From Thermofilaceae archaeon (GTDB taxonomy: Archaea > Thermoproteota > Thermoprotei > Thermofilales > Thermofilaceae), in contig JAVYWK010000007.1 in NCBI GenBank assembly GCA_038727095.1, positions 1-64,000 on the forward strand: DNA of 64,000 bases, read 5' to 3'. Positions 38,658-48,073 of this stretch are shown in pieces. The notes below the pieces were generated by a model. The model worked only from the letters and a program-made list of their open reading frames with translations, made no database searches and was not told where the DNA came from. Each line of letters begins with the position of its first letter. Position 1 is the first letter of the stretch. Made by a program: the position numbers and the translations under genes.

Positions 38658-40459
38658 CATGGCTGGAAACTGTGCCGGATGATTTAAGCGAGCTAGCCGA
38701 GCTTTTCAAAAGTATAAGTAATGAGCATAGATTGAAAATATTGTTCACATTAGCTCTAAAAGGTCCTACTTCTTTTTCAGATCTTTCAGATGAGTTGAAT
38801 ATTAGTGGGGGAAAATTAAACTTTCACTTGAGAAAGCTGCGGGACCTGGGGCTGGTAGCAGCTACCGAGAGCGGCGCGTATGAGCTAACCGAGATGGGGA
38901 GATGGATTGTTACGCGAGTGTCCGAATTCGCGAGTAAGACCGTGGAAACTGCCCCACTAGTCGATTTCCGTGGTCTTCCCTACCCCTCAGCGAGTGTGAG
39001 TGAGATTGCACGCAAGCTTAATTGTGGGAAAGAACTCAGCGACGTCGAGTCGTTCCTGGAGCGACTTTTTGTGAAGTTTTCGAGCATACAGCGTGAAGGA
39101 GTAAGAGGGGAAATGCTGGTTCTGCTGGCCGAAGCAATGTTCTGCGACAGAGAACCTAGCGTGATTGTTATTCCCCGCACCTTAAGCGTGCTGGCGTTTA
39201 AATCGCTGGCCGATGAAGGGTGCTCGCACTTGAAGGAAAGCATCCTTCAGGATCTAGCCCTCAGTTACGCAGTTGAAAAAATCTCGCCTGTGTTTAAGAG
39301 CTATCAGTCTAGGGGTTTGATATACGTGAGGGATCCGGCGCGGTCAATTAGGGGTGCTCAAGTTGTTGCACTGGCCGTGCCGCGCGGTGTTGAGCTCGGG
39401 CGAATCCTGAGCAGACTTATTGATGTAGTTTCTGAACTTGTTTTAGTGCTTGAGGAACCTCGTACTGAGGAACTCGAAATGCTGTATGGTCTAATCCCTC
39501 CCGGAAAGGTTACCCTAGTTGTTCGTGAGCTCCATGAACACGAGATTCCAGCGCGCGGCCTAGGGTTTGTGTACCAGGTTAGAGAGGATTTAGACTTGCC
39601 CACGAGCGTAGTGAATTTCGCGAACAGCGCAGTACCCTTTATCCTGAATAGGTGCGAAAGTGTGCCGAGTCTTACCCTGGCGGAAGTACCGCTCCCTGAG
39701 CCCGGGGGAGCATACGTATTGCCGCTTCACGTGGCCCTTTCGCTCCCCTCTCTCTATGCGGAAATGAAGAGCAAGGGGTTGAATGGCTACCACTTTATCA
39801 CTCTAGTTGCCGAGGAAACCGAAAGAGTCGCCAGTAACCTTCGTGTGCCAGCTGTTAAAAGAGCTTTGAAAGGGCTTGTCGACAATGCCGTTGAGTTGGA
39901 ACCGCAGTTAGCGCTCGTTGGCTTTGAGGCTTCTATGCTGCTGCACCATCGGCAACTTCACACGCACCGTTTACTCGAGCTAGCAAAAAGGTTCTGGAGT
40001 ACGGTGATTAGAGGTCTACCGGTAAAGATCACAGCGGCGTTAGCCGATGAGCGCGTTTACCTGCTTTCTCGGGCGCCAGGTTTCAATGCGCTTTCCCCAT
40101 TCTCCCTCTCCTCCCAGCGTACGCTGGACGAACTAGCGATGCTGGAAGGCACGGTCCAGCAACTGCTACGTGGCGGCTCTGTTCTCGCTATCAAGGTTAA
40201 AGGCTACTTGACGTCGCCGCTGCTTGACAGAGTGGCTAATATTGTTAGGGGTAGTGGGGTCCTACGAGTCAGCTTCCACCTGGAGTTCACGAGATGCTCG
40301 TTGTGCTCCGCGATGTCCGTGGGAAGAAGCAGTATTTGTAGCACGTGCCTCTCCAGCGAAGTGACACAGCTAATAAGACCGCTTGGGCTCTATGTACCGC
40401 CTCAAACTGTGCCACCTGAGGTTCTCGCCGAATACGAGTCAAGGTTAACCTTGAGTTAA
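38654..40459 (+). CDS. ArsR-type HTH fused to degenerate class III (NrdD-like) ribonucleotide reductase domain
   Basis: N-terminal R..IL..L...SFSDL..L....G.L.FHL.KL...L....G.Y.LT..G; C-terminal VALSLP, LVG, Q..L.GG, C..C..C..C, RPLGLY, E...R. Confidence 0.68.
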   Translation: MTWLETVPDDLSELAELFKSISNEHRLKILFTLALKGPTSFSDLSDELNISGGKLNFHLRKLRDLGLVAATESGAYELTEMGRWIVTRVSEFASKTVETAPLVDFRGLPYPSASVSEIARKLNCGKELSDVESFLERLFVKFSSIQREGVRGEMLVLLAEAMFCDREPSVIVIPRTLSVLAFKSLADEGCSHLKESILQDLALSYAVEKISPVFKSYQSRGLIYVRDPARSIRGAQVVALAVPRGVELGRILSRLIDVVSELVLVLEEPRTEELEMLYGLIPPGKVTLVVRELHEHEIPARGLGFVYQVREDLDLPTSVVNFANSAVPFILNRCESVPSLTLAEVPLPEPGGAYVLPLHVALSLPSLYAEMKSKGLNGYHFITLVAEETERVASNLRVPAVKRALKGLVDNAVELEPQLALVGFEASMLLHHRQLHTHRLLELAKRFWSTVIRGLPVKITAALADERVYLLSRAPGFNALSPFSLSSQRTLDELAMLEGTVQQLLRGGSVLAIKVKGYLTSPLLDRVANIVRGSGVLRVSFHLEFTRCSLCSAMSVGRSSICSTCLSSEVTQLIRPLGLYVPPQTVPPEVLAEYESRLTLS

Positions 40460-41130
40460 AAGAGGGACGCCTGTATCCGCATCATCTCGATACCAGTCGT
40501 GTCGAATCCCACGAGGGCCCCCCTACTGTTAGCCACTACACCGCTCTTCACGAAAACGTTACCTCGGTTTACCGTCCCTATTCCACCCTTTGGCACCTTC
40601 ATCAAACTGATGAGAGTGTTCACTTCGTCATCACTGAGTATGGGGCTCAATAGTACTCCACGGTTGGTTGCCACCCCGAGAGCACCTACGAAATTTGATC
40701 CTCCGAGCTTCATCTGCACAACTTCTACATCGAGAGTGTCAGCTATCTTAGTTCTAGCAGGGGGAGGTATAAGTGGACTTACTATGGCTGTCGAGTCGTT
40801 TGTGAGTATCATGTTCCCAAGAGCGTTCTCTCTGATCTCGTCAAGCACGTCAACCACCAACGCGTCGCCGACAGCCTTTCTAATCCGGTCAACTTCCTCC
40901 TCCTTCACAAGGTTTCCGAGTAGCAGGCCCTTGCTGTTTATTACGCATAGGATGCCGAGGAGAGGGGATTCACCGATTGTGGCCCGGACAACTTCTGCTC
41001 CCAAGCTGCGCCGTATGGCGAGCTCAACCTTGTCTGGAGCACTTTCCGGTATCAGAGCCCATTTCTCGCTCGCCGTTACAAAGACTCCGACGTATGGATT
41101 ACCGAAGGCATACAGTACTTCAATGCTCAA
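40456..41130 (-). CDS. eif6: Translation initiation factor aIF6
   Basis: GNPYVGVF, ALGN.IL.ND, GTVNRG, TTG.E. Confidence 0.95.
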   Translation of the reverse strand: MSIEVLYAFGNPYVGVFVTASEKWALIPESAPDKVELAIRRSLGAEVVRATIGESPLLGILCVINSKGLLLGNLVKEEEVDRIRKAVGDALVVDVLDEIRENALGNMILTNDSTAIVSPLIPPPARTKIADTLDVEVVQMKLGGSNFVGALGVATNRGVLLSPILSDDEVNTLISLMKVPKGGIGTVNRGNVFVKSGVVANSRGALVGFDTTGIEMMRIQASLF

Positions 41131-41420
41131 GCGCTGCTCTCCCTCCCCTCCTCCTTAGGCAGCCTCACCTCCGCAATTCTAGCACCCTCCTCCTCTCGTA
41201 CCTCTACCGCTACCTTAACCCGCCTGGGGGGTCTCTTTATCCCCCTGGACCAGATCGCCTCGTTTACTTCGGGAGATATACTCACGATCTTCGACTTCGT
41301 GTGGCGCATGATGAACTCTCTAAGCACCCTTATCGCTACTTTCGCCCGCTTACTGAGCGGTGCTCTGAAAGCGTCTCTCAACGGTACGACATATATTGTT
41401 TCGTCGGCCATCTTCGACAC
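41127..41420 (-). CDS. rpl31e: 50S ribosomal protein L31e
   Basis: YVVPLR, RA..A...LR.F..RH, NE.IW.RG...PP. Confidence 0.95.
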   Translation of the reverse strand: MSKMADETIYVVPLRDAFRAPLSKRAKVAIRVLREFIMRHTKSKIVSISPEVNEAIWSRGIKRPPRRVKVAVEVREEEGARIAEVRLPKEEGRESSA

Positions 41421-41422
41421 CC

Positions 41423-41575
41423 CTACAACTGCATTCTACTCCTCCGCCAGTTCCTCCGAATCTTCCTTACAACCCTTCTTCTCGTTTTAGCGATAACCCA
41501 AACAGGGATTTGATAGTTGGATTTCAGCGCGCTAGCGAGTCTCAGCTTTTTCGCTAACGGCTTATTGCGCGCCAT
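41423..41575 (-). CDS. rpl39e: 50S ribosomal protein L39e (50 aa, not in ORF track)
   Basis: Manual translation [14 protein letters not shown]...IPVWVIAKT...[11 protein letters not shown]. Confidence 0.95.
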   Translation of the reverse strand: MARNKPLAKKLRLASALKSNYQIPVWVIAKTRRRVVRKIRRNWRRSRMQL

Positions 41576-41934
41576 CACAGTTCACCGACGCTGCCTCTCG
41601 TATACTTTATCCTTATTTCTTTCTTCTGTTCAGTGATTCGGGCTAGGAGCTCCTTCAGCAGATCATCAGTTACGGGTAGTGGAATTCTACCCGTTTGAGC
41701 CAGCTGAATGAGCTGAATCTCCAACTGTTCAACAAGCTCTGGTCTCACCATCCTTAGGTTGGTCAACCTTTCACGCGCTTTAGGCGTTAGGATCCTTCTG
41801 AGGTACTCCTGCCTCCTTTCCTCTTCTAGGCGGCGCTGCTCCTCTGCCTGCGCAGCTTCTAAAGCGCGTTGGTACTCCTGAAGCTTCCTACGCTTGATCT
41901 CCTCGAGTTCCTCATCGTACTCGTAACTCTCCAT
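41575..41934 (-). CDS. PDCD5-like DNA-binding protein
   Basis: [35 protein letters not shown]. Confidence 0.93.
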   Translation of the reverse strand: MESYEYDEELEEIKRRKLQEYQRALEAAQAEEQRRLEEERRQEYLRRILTPKARERLTNLRMVRPELVEQLEIQLIQLAQTGRIPLPVTDDLLKELLARITEQKKEIRIKYTRGSVGEL

Positions 41935-41960
41935 TATAATTCACCTCAGCATCGGTGGTA

Positions 41961-42425
41961 TTAAGATAAGTATTTCGCTAGCTCAGGGCGCTCCGCAACC
42001 ATCTGCTTAAAGATGTGGTGAGCTAGAGAATCCATTAAAGCTCTCCCCTTTGGAGTGAGAGTTCTGCCCTTTCGCTCGATCTTTGTAACGAGGCCCGCAG
42101 CTTCCAGCTGCTGCAACGCCTTCCTTACAGATGATCCACCAGCTTTTCTGAAATGCTCTCGGCGGTGGCCGAGGTTCTTACGCCCCCCGTAGGCGACTCT
42201 CAACCTTTCGATTCCCGTAGAACCGTGAATGTAGAGTTTCCTCAGAAGGGAGGCGCACCTCTTGTACCACCAGTCGGGGTCATCAGGTACGCGCTCCTTG
42301 TAGCTACCCGTTTTCGCGTACAAAGCCCACTCCGGCGGCTTTATCGTATCCCCGAAGTTCTCCTTCAGATGCCTGGCTAGCTCTTCAACGAATATGCGCG
42401 GTGGTATGTACCTTACATCAGTCAC
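41961..42425 (-). CDS. rps19e: 30S ribosomal protein S19e
   Basis: PPEWA...KTG..KER.P, WWY.R.AS.LRK.Y, RKALQQLE..G; start trimmed to GTG at 42425. Confidence 0.96.
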   Translation of the reverse strand: MTDVRYIPPRIFVEELARHLKENFGDTIKPPEWALYAKTGSYKERVPDDPDWWYKRCASLLRKLYIHGSTGIERLRVAYGGRKNLGHRREHFRKAGGSSVRKALQQLEAAGLVTKIERKGRTLTPKGRALMDSLAHHIFKQMVAERPELAKYLS

Positions 42426-42496
42426 GTGTCTAAGGGGCGCACTTAGTCGCAATATAAGCCTTTGTTCGCTTGCAAGCCTTCTGCTCTTACTTGGAT

Positions 42497-43540
42497 TTAA
42501 TCCCACTTCCTGAAGAGGAAAATGAAGCTTGTCAACCCCCCCAAATCGATCTTCCTCACGGACGAGGGCCTCCACCTCTGCTCGCGAGCAGCCCGTTCTA
42601 CGATCCGTTTGAGGGGGCTGAGGATCACTAGTCTACCCCCCTCCTCAAGCACTGTGTACCCCTCCTCGATTAACGAAAAGTAGAGTCTTTTTAAACCGCC
42701 CACGGCTTTTTCACGAATACCGTACGGTGGGTTGGTGGCGATAACGTTGACCTCATGCCCTAACAGACTGCTTAAGTGCCTAGCGTCAGCCACCCAGAAA
42801 TCGGCCACTACACCGGCTGAAGCTGCGTTCAGCATAGCGCCTCTCACGTGAGCCGGATTAACGTCAAACCCTACCCCGCGTGATAGAGGAGATTCTAGCA
42901 ACCCTTCGATAACGATCGTCCCTCCGCCGCACAAGGGATCAACCAAGGTTTCACCATCCCTCAGGTTGGCGAGCCGACACATGGCTCGTGCTACAATCGG
43001 GTTGAGAGATGAAGGATGGACGTAGACCCTGTAGCCTCTATCCCTCAGGCTAGTAAAGGGCGTTAGATCGATTGCGAGCCTGAACTCTCTACCCATAAGC
43101 TCAGCGTAAAAAAGTAGGTCGGGATCGTCTAATGAAACCCTGAGTCGCGGGTATTTTTCTTGAATAGCTGAACCAACAACTCTTGAGATATCGAGCGACG
43201 TGAAGGGGTGGACCCCTTCTCTCGCGGCTTCGACCGCGAAGGATAGCGGATAATTTGCCATCCCGCTGACAAGATCCACCGGCGTGGAGAGGAGCCGCTT
43301 AATCTCCTCCAGGCTTAAGGCGTAGCCCTCCGTTAAAACCGCATAGACTTTCTCTGCCAAGGTGAGCCGCGAGATAAAGCGTCCCAGCTCACCGCCCTTC
43401 ATCGGCTTAGCCAGCGTGTAAATGACCTTTCCTCGCTTGATCATTCCGCTACCGGGAAGAGGTTTAAGCTCGGCTAGGAGCAGATCCTCAAGACCGGGTA
43501 CTGTCGTGATAAGCAGCTTTGAGACGCCCTCTTCGAGCAT
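42497..43540 (-). CDS. THUMP-domain tRNA m2G methyltransferase (Trm14-like)
   Basis: TT.PGLED, THUMP, L..RGYRVY.HP..L.P, DP.CGGGT, TNPPYG. Confidence 0.85.
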   Translation of the reverse strand: MLEEGVSKLLITTVPGLEDLLLAELKPLPGSGMIKRGKVIYTLAKPMKGGELGRFISRLTLAEKVYAVLTEGYALSLEEIKRLLSTPVDLVSGMANYPLSFAVEAAREGVHPFTSLDISRVVGSAIQEKYPRLRVSLDDPDLLFYAELMGREFRLAIDLTPFTSLRDRGYRVYVHPSSLNPIVARAMCRLANLRDGETLVDPLCGGGTIVIEGLLESPLSRGVGFDVNPAHVRGAMLNAASAGVVADFWVADARHLSSLLGHEVNVIATNPPYGIREKAVGGLKRLYFSLIEEGYTVLEEGGRLVILSPLKRIVERAAREQRWRPSSVRKIDLGGLTSFIFLFRKWD

Positions 43541-43550
43541 CGCCTAACCT

Positions 43551-44705
43551 TCACTTCAATACTTTCGGTTTTACGCCCAGCTTTGACGCGAGAGCGGTAA
43601 GGGCTACCCGAAGAGCTTCGTTCGTGGGGCAAGGTCCCTTGTAGTTGCCGGCCGCATCGTGCCCCCCACCTTCACCCCCGAGTTCCCTGGCGACAGCTGA
43701 TGCTAAGTCTCTGCTCGCGGAAATCCCTGTTTTCTCGAGGAAGCTCCTAGAAGCTCTAATGCTCAATCGACATTCGCCATTCCTCGCTGAAGCTACGAGA
43801 GCCACATCGGCACCGAGGGATATCAACGCTCTTGCAACTGAAGCCTCGTAGGAACCTATCTCGCTCACCGCTACGAGGAAGCCCCCTACGTTTAGCACGT
43901 GGCTTCTCAACGCCCCCTTCAGCTTGGCTACTCTCTCGGCGTAGGGGGACTCCTCCTCCAGCAGGGAAAGGGCGAGATTGTAGTTGCCGCCAAGCTCGAG
44001 TAGACGGGCGACCATGCGCAGCGTTTCCGGCGTAACTCTGATGAACCGCCTGCTGTCGAAGAGAATACCGGTTAAGGCTAAAGTCGAAAGCTCCCTTGTT
44101 AGTGGGACCGACAAACCTTCCACTGCCTGGTAGACTAGAACGGTAGTTGCAGGTTCCTCACGGACCAGTGGGAAGCTGGCCCTCGTAGCCAGTTCGCCGG
44201 GCGGAGCATGATGATCAATCACCAATAGGAGAGCGGCTCGCTCAACTGGTGAGCGGAAGACCGATAGCTGAACACCGTTGGTTGCATCCACAACAGCAGC
44301 TGCGGAATACGCCTTGCGCCCAGGTTTACGCAAGTACTCCAACCGGATGTTGAGAGCATCCATAATCTTGCGTGAGAGCCTGCTAGGGCCTTCGGGGAAG
44401 GCTAGATCTACGTCACTGAAGCCCATCTCCTTCAAAAGGTGGCTCAGCAGGATGGATGAGGCGAGAGCATCCGGATCCGCGTTCACGTGCGTTACTACAA
44501 GCACCGGTTCCTCGGCTCTGCTGGTGAAGCGTTTAACGGCCTCTACTGCCTCAGCCTGAAGGCTGGAGACCTTCGAGAGACGCCCTGTCAATAAACTCCG
44601 CAAAAGCTTGATCAAGGATTTTCCCCAGCTCACGCTCCAGCTCCCTTCGAGGGTAGCGGGTTTTAACCGAGATAAGAGCTTCGACCGTGTACGGCCACTC
44701 TTCAC
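43551..44705 (-). CDS. DHH/DHHA1 family phosphoesterase (true start probably near 44560)
   Basis: H.NADPDA, VD, IDHH, GI..D, S.R, GGGH..A. Confidence 0.9.
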   Translation of the reverse strand: MKSGRTRSKLLSRLKPATLEGSWSVSWGKSLIKLLRSLLTGRLSKVSSLQAEAVEAVKRFTSRAEEPVLVVTHVNADPDALASSILLSHLLKEMGFSDVDLAFPEGPSRLSRKIMDALNIRLEYLRKPGRKAYSAAAVVDATNGVQLSVFRSPVERAALLLVIDHHAPPGELATRASFPLVREEPATTVLVYQAVEGLSVPLTRELSTLALTGILFDSRRFIRVTPETLRMVARLLELGGNYNLALSLLEEESPYAERVAKLKGALRSHVLNVGGFLVAVSEIGSYEASVARALISLGADVALVASARNGECRLSIRASRSFLEKTGISASRDLASAVARELGGEGGGHDAAGNYKGPCPTNEALRVALTALASKLGVKPKVLK

Positions 44706-44856
44706 TAACGCTCACGAGTACGCTCACCGCCTCTGCGAGGGATCCCAGCTTTTCTCTCGCTATCATATCAATTCTTTCAGCCAACCAAGCTGCTAATTCT
44801 TCTAATCTCTCTCTATTTAGGCTTTTAACCTGCTCCAGCCTGCGCTTCTCCGCCAA
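44551..44856 (-). CDS. Small conserved protein (DUF3194-like)
   Basis: Alpha-beta-beta-alpha pattern; usual position between prefoldin beta and DHH genes. Confidence 0.6.
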   Translation of the reverse strand: MAEKRRLEQVKSLNRERLEELAAWLAERIDMIAREKLGSLAEAVSVLVSVSEEWPYTVEALISVKTRYPRRELERELGKILDQAFAEFIDRASLEGLQPSG

Positions 44857-45205
44857 GCTTCCTCGCCAGCTTCTTTTCCAATTCTTCTAATTGCTTCTTC
44901 AATAAATCTTCCTGTTTTTCTAGAGTTTTAATACGTATTTCTATAGTTTCTTTCAAATTGTTTAATTCATTAACAACACTACTCTTACTTTTAAGCACGA
45001 TTATTGTCCCAACGATTTTGTATACAGGGTGGCTGTCGTCAACGGTACTCAGCTCTTTTAGAGCCTCATCAACCTCGGTGAGCTGGGCCTGTAGCTGCTG
45101 CCTGTTAATCGCTATCAACCTGAGTCTCTCAACTAGATCCTGGTAGCGTTTCACCTCGGCACGTAGCGCCTCAGAAACGCCTGCCACGTGGTCTACCCGC
45201 TCCAA
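44825..45205 (-). CDS. pfdB: Prefoldin subunit beta
   Basis: Coiled coil, VYK.VG...V, E.R.KTLEKQE. Confidence 0.95.
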   Translation of the reverse strand: MERVDHVAGVSEALRAEVKRYQDLVERLRLIAINRQQLQAQLTEVDEALKELSTVDDSHPVYKIVGTIIVLKSKSSVVNELNNLKETIEIRIKTLEKQEDLLKKQLEELEKKLARKLGGEAQAGAG

Positions 45206-45221
45206 CTCAAGATAAGTTTTG

Positions 45222-45488
45222 CTATTGTTTCTCAGCGCTATAGCCTAGCTCTTGAGCCGCTCGCTCTAAGGCGGTAAGCAATCGGAGAAAACTGTTAAGG
45301 GCGGCTCTGAGAGAGGATCTCCTCTCAGAGGTGAATCGTAGGAGGAGATGTGCGCCTTGCAGGTCTATTTGGACCCTGACTCTAGGTGAGGGTTGGCTTG
45401 AGGTTTCGACGGATAGTGCCTTGAATAGGGCCTTTGCCTCCACCTCGTCAACGGCGTTAATCGCGATCACCGCCTCATATGCTGCCAC
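45222..45488 (-). CDS. pcc1: KEOPS complex subunit Pcc1
   Basis: A....AL..E, SLRAALNS.LRL. Confidence 0.9.
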   Translation of the reverse strand: MAAYEAVIAINAVDEVEAKALFKALSVETSSQPSPRVRVQIDLQGAHLLLRFTSERRSSLRAALNSFLRLLTALERAAQELGYSAEKQ

Positions 45489-46047
45489 GTTTGATCACCG
45501 CGTACTTCTCGACCAGCAATCGGGGGCCGCGCGGCTGTCTAGACTCGGGTTTCACAAACTTCAGCGCGAATAGCGTGCGTGGGTGCTTGACGTACGCTAT
45601 TAGAAGGAGCGAATCGTAAACGTTGGCAAGCTCTTCCGGTTTCGCGTCTTCCACGAGCGGTAGATTCATTGCGGCAGCCAGCTCGTGTCCGAACTCTAGA
45701 GCTTCCTGCTCCCGCTGAACTAGAACCGCTAGGCTTCTAGGGGGTTGCGGTTTTGCAGCCAGCTCACGCGCCAGTTTTACGCCGCTCAGCTTTAACAGCA
45801 GGGAGGTGTACGGGGGATCTAGCGTCTTGAAAACTTCAATCCGACCCGGGTTACCCATTAGTCCCCTTCCGACGATCAGGACCCTGAGGGCGCCGAGAGT
45901 TTTAGCCTGAAGGAGCACATCGAGCAGCCTACTCTTACCCCTATTAACCTTGAGTGCGTTCGGAAGGGATAGAGCGAGCTCTTTCGCGAGGGACCTCACT
46001 CGAGGATTGGATCTGTGGGTTGTTGTGACAAGGTAGTGGCAGGTCAA
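45475..46047 (-). CDS. Brix-domain ribosome biogenesis protein
   Basis: TT.R...R.RS..KEL, NRGK, GNPG, GVKL.RE. Confidence 0.9.
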   Translation of the reverse strand: MTCHYLVTTTHRSNPRVRSLAKELALSLPNALKVNRGKSRLLDVLLQAKTLGALRVLIVGRGLMGNPGRIEVFKTLDPPYTSLLLKLSGVKLARELAAKPQPPRSLAVLVQREQEALEFGHELAAAMNLPLVEDAKPEELANVYDSLLLIAYVKHPRTLFALKFVKPESRQPRGPRLLVEKYAVIKRGSI

Positions 46048-46325
46048 CGCCGTACCATTCGCTTAATGCTTTGAAGCTCTTCACTCGTGAAAGTCTTACC
46101 GAGCTCTGTGCGTGGTACGTAAGCTCCACCGGCGAACGTATAGCCGCACTTCCTGCACCTCCATATACCGACACTCACCCTGCGTAGTCGGCCGCGGGTG
46201 AAGCAACGGGGGCACCTGTGAGGACCCCTCATCTTAGCCTCAATAGCCGCTACCTTATGCCTGAGTGTGGCACCATACCTTGCTTCAAAGCGTCCAGCGG
46301 TGCCGGCAACCTTTGTTCGTCCCAT
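46044..46325 (-). CDS. rpl37ae: 50S ribosomal protein L37ae
   Basis: GRF..RYG..LR, CPRC, GIW.C.KC...FAGGAY.P. Confidence 0.96.
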   Translation of the reverse strand: MGRTKVAGTAGRFEARYGATLRHKVAAIEAKMRGPHRCPRCFTRGRLRRVSVGIWRCRKCGYTFAGGAYVPRTELGKTFTSEELQSIKRMVRR

Positions 46326-46455
46326 GGAAAATCGTGGAGCCGTGCGGAGAGGCTATTTAAATTTGTCACGTGCTGAACTGCGGCGTAGCGCTTATCGCCA
46401 TAAGACGAAAGTATTACGGCTGGTGTCGCTCGGCGTTCGTAAATAGGTTGTACAC

Positions 46456-47976
46456 GTGCAGCTAGCAGTGCAGGTAAAAAGGGCGTTAACTGAGAGAGCT
46501 ATAGTATCGCTCGTACTCCTGGCGCTAGGATACTTGACGTTTAGAGGCGATCTCTCCGGTGAACATGGCATGCTTCTGCTGGTGGGGCTCTTACTTTCGC
46601 TGGTGCTACCGGGTCTGGGGGTAGCCGCGTTCGCGTTTCCAATGCTCATGTATGCGGGTAACGGCCACCCTCTTACGCTACTCCTCGCGGCTCCTGTAGT
46701 TGTGCTCGCGTTCCGCTTCTGGCCTCAAGCCTGCGCGTGGCTCGCATCCGTTGTGCTCGAGGATCCGCTCGCCAGCTACTTGGCGACCACCGCATTGCTG
46801 TTCTCTCTGAAGTTTGCATCCCCAAACGCTGCAGCTTTTATGATGTTCTTCTACGTCCTCTCAGCGGGCTTTAAGCTGGCTCGCTCAGTGCCGCCCGGCT
46901 CTGCGGGCTGCCAGCGATTGGTCGTGGCTCGAGGTTTGGCAAACCTGCCTGAGAGCGATTGGGTGGAGCTTGCCGGCGAGTGGTTTTTCACGAACCTCAT
47001 AGGCCCACCCCGCCTCCTGCTTCTCGCGCTAACTTACGCTGCAGCTGGGGCGGCAGCCTCTAAGCTCCAGAGGCTTGAAGCTACTAGGCTGGCCGGTGTA
47101 CTGCCTTCACTGGTAATCGTGCTCGCGTTAAACGTCGTGGCAAGCACAATAGGGGTCAAGCCAGGCGTTGAACCCCTTATTGTTCTAGCCGGGACCCTCG
47201 TGATGACGTTGTTAGCTGAGCTAAGGCGTGTGAAGCTACCTAGTAGGAGGCTAGCTGTCAGACGCGCTATGCGAGCTCCTCGCACGGTTCTACCGCACAT
47301 GGAGGGCGCTTGGACGGCTCTCTGCAAAATGCTCGCAGGTGGCGAGAGGCTCCTCCTGGTGTTTGGGCCTTCAGGTTGCGGCAAAACACTCTTGGTACGG
47401 GAGACTCTCAAAGCTTGCAGGCTGAGAGTAGCAGATCGTTCGAGATTTAAAGGCAAAGTCGTCCACCTTGAGAACGCAGAGAGCGAGTGGAATCTCGATG
47501 AAACAATCAGAAAGCTCCTGATATCCGGAGCAAAGTGTGTGGTGCTCGAGACTAGCCGCCCGTTGACACTACTGGGCAGACTGAAAACTGTGCTTCCGCG
47601 AAAGGCAGTCTACGTTATGCCCCCCGACGAGAACACTCGAAGTAGGCTGATCTCGCAGGAGCTTACTGGTTTAGCGGACGAAAACACTGTCGCTTGGTTA
47701 GCAGAGGCAACGCAAAGGTACAGTTTGAGAGGCCTCATGAAACTTTTGGAGAGCATTAAGGCGCACGTACAAAACGGTAGCGAGCTCGGGCAGGCTATAG
47801 CCGTTGCGCTACAGGCTGTTCCCCCCGATCTTTCGTACGAGGAATTAGCGGAGTGTGAGCGTTTCATCACAACGTTCAAGGGGATGGTTGCTGGCTTCTC
47901 TCGCGGCCAAACCAACGATGGGGTAGTCGTGCAGGCTGTCAATCCCGATGCGTTAGGGGCATTGATGGGTGAGTAG
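46456..47976 (+). CDS. Polytopic membrane protein fused to degenerate AAA+ domain
   Basis: About 250 aa hydrophobic N-terminus; GPSGCGKT Walker A; aberrant Walker B (HLENAE); YV.PPD...R lid; AAA-type C-terminal helix. Confidence 0.65.
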   Translation: MQLAVQVKRALTERAIVSLVLLALGYLTFRGDLSGEHGMLLLVGLLLSLVLPGLGVAAFAFPMLMYAGNGHPLTLLLAAPVVVLAFRFWPQACAWLASVVLEDPLASYLATTALLFSLKFASPNAAAFMMFFYVLSAGFKLARSVPPGSAGCQRLVVARGLANLPESDWVELAGEWFFTNLIGPPRLLLLALTYAAAGAAASKLQRLEATRLAGVLPSLVIVLALNVVASTIGVKPGVEPLIVLAGTLVMTLLAELRRVKLPSRRLAVRRAMRAPRTVLPHMEGAWTALCKMLAGGERLLLVFGPSGCGKTLLVRETLKACRLRVADRSRFKGKVVHLENAESEWNLDETIRKLLISGAKCVVLETSRPLTLLGRLKTVLPRKAVYVMPPDENTRSRLISQELTGLADENTVAWLAEATQRYSLRGLMKLLESIKAHVQNGSELGQAIAVALQAVPPDLSYEELAECERFITTFKGMVAGFSRGQTNDGVVVQAVNPDALGALMGE

Positions 47977-48073
47977 CCCCTAACTCTAAAACCGCAGTGA
48001 CTGAGGGCGCGCGGTAAAAACATATAAGCCGGTCGAGTACAATGCTTACCCGGAGGTGGGTGAGGAAACAGTA

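Noticed and set aside
42426-42575. Apparent 49-aa N-terminal extension of S19e in the ORF track
   Set aside because: Overlaps the upstream methyltransferase gene; a TATA-like box near 42450 supports the GTG start at 42425
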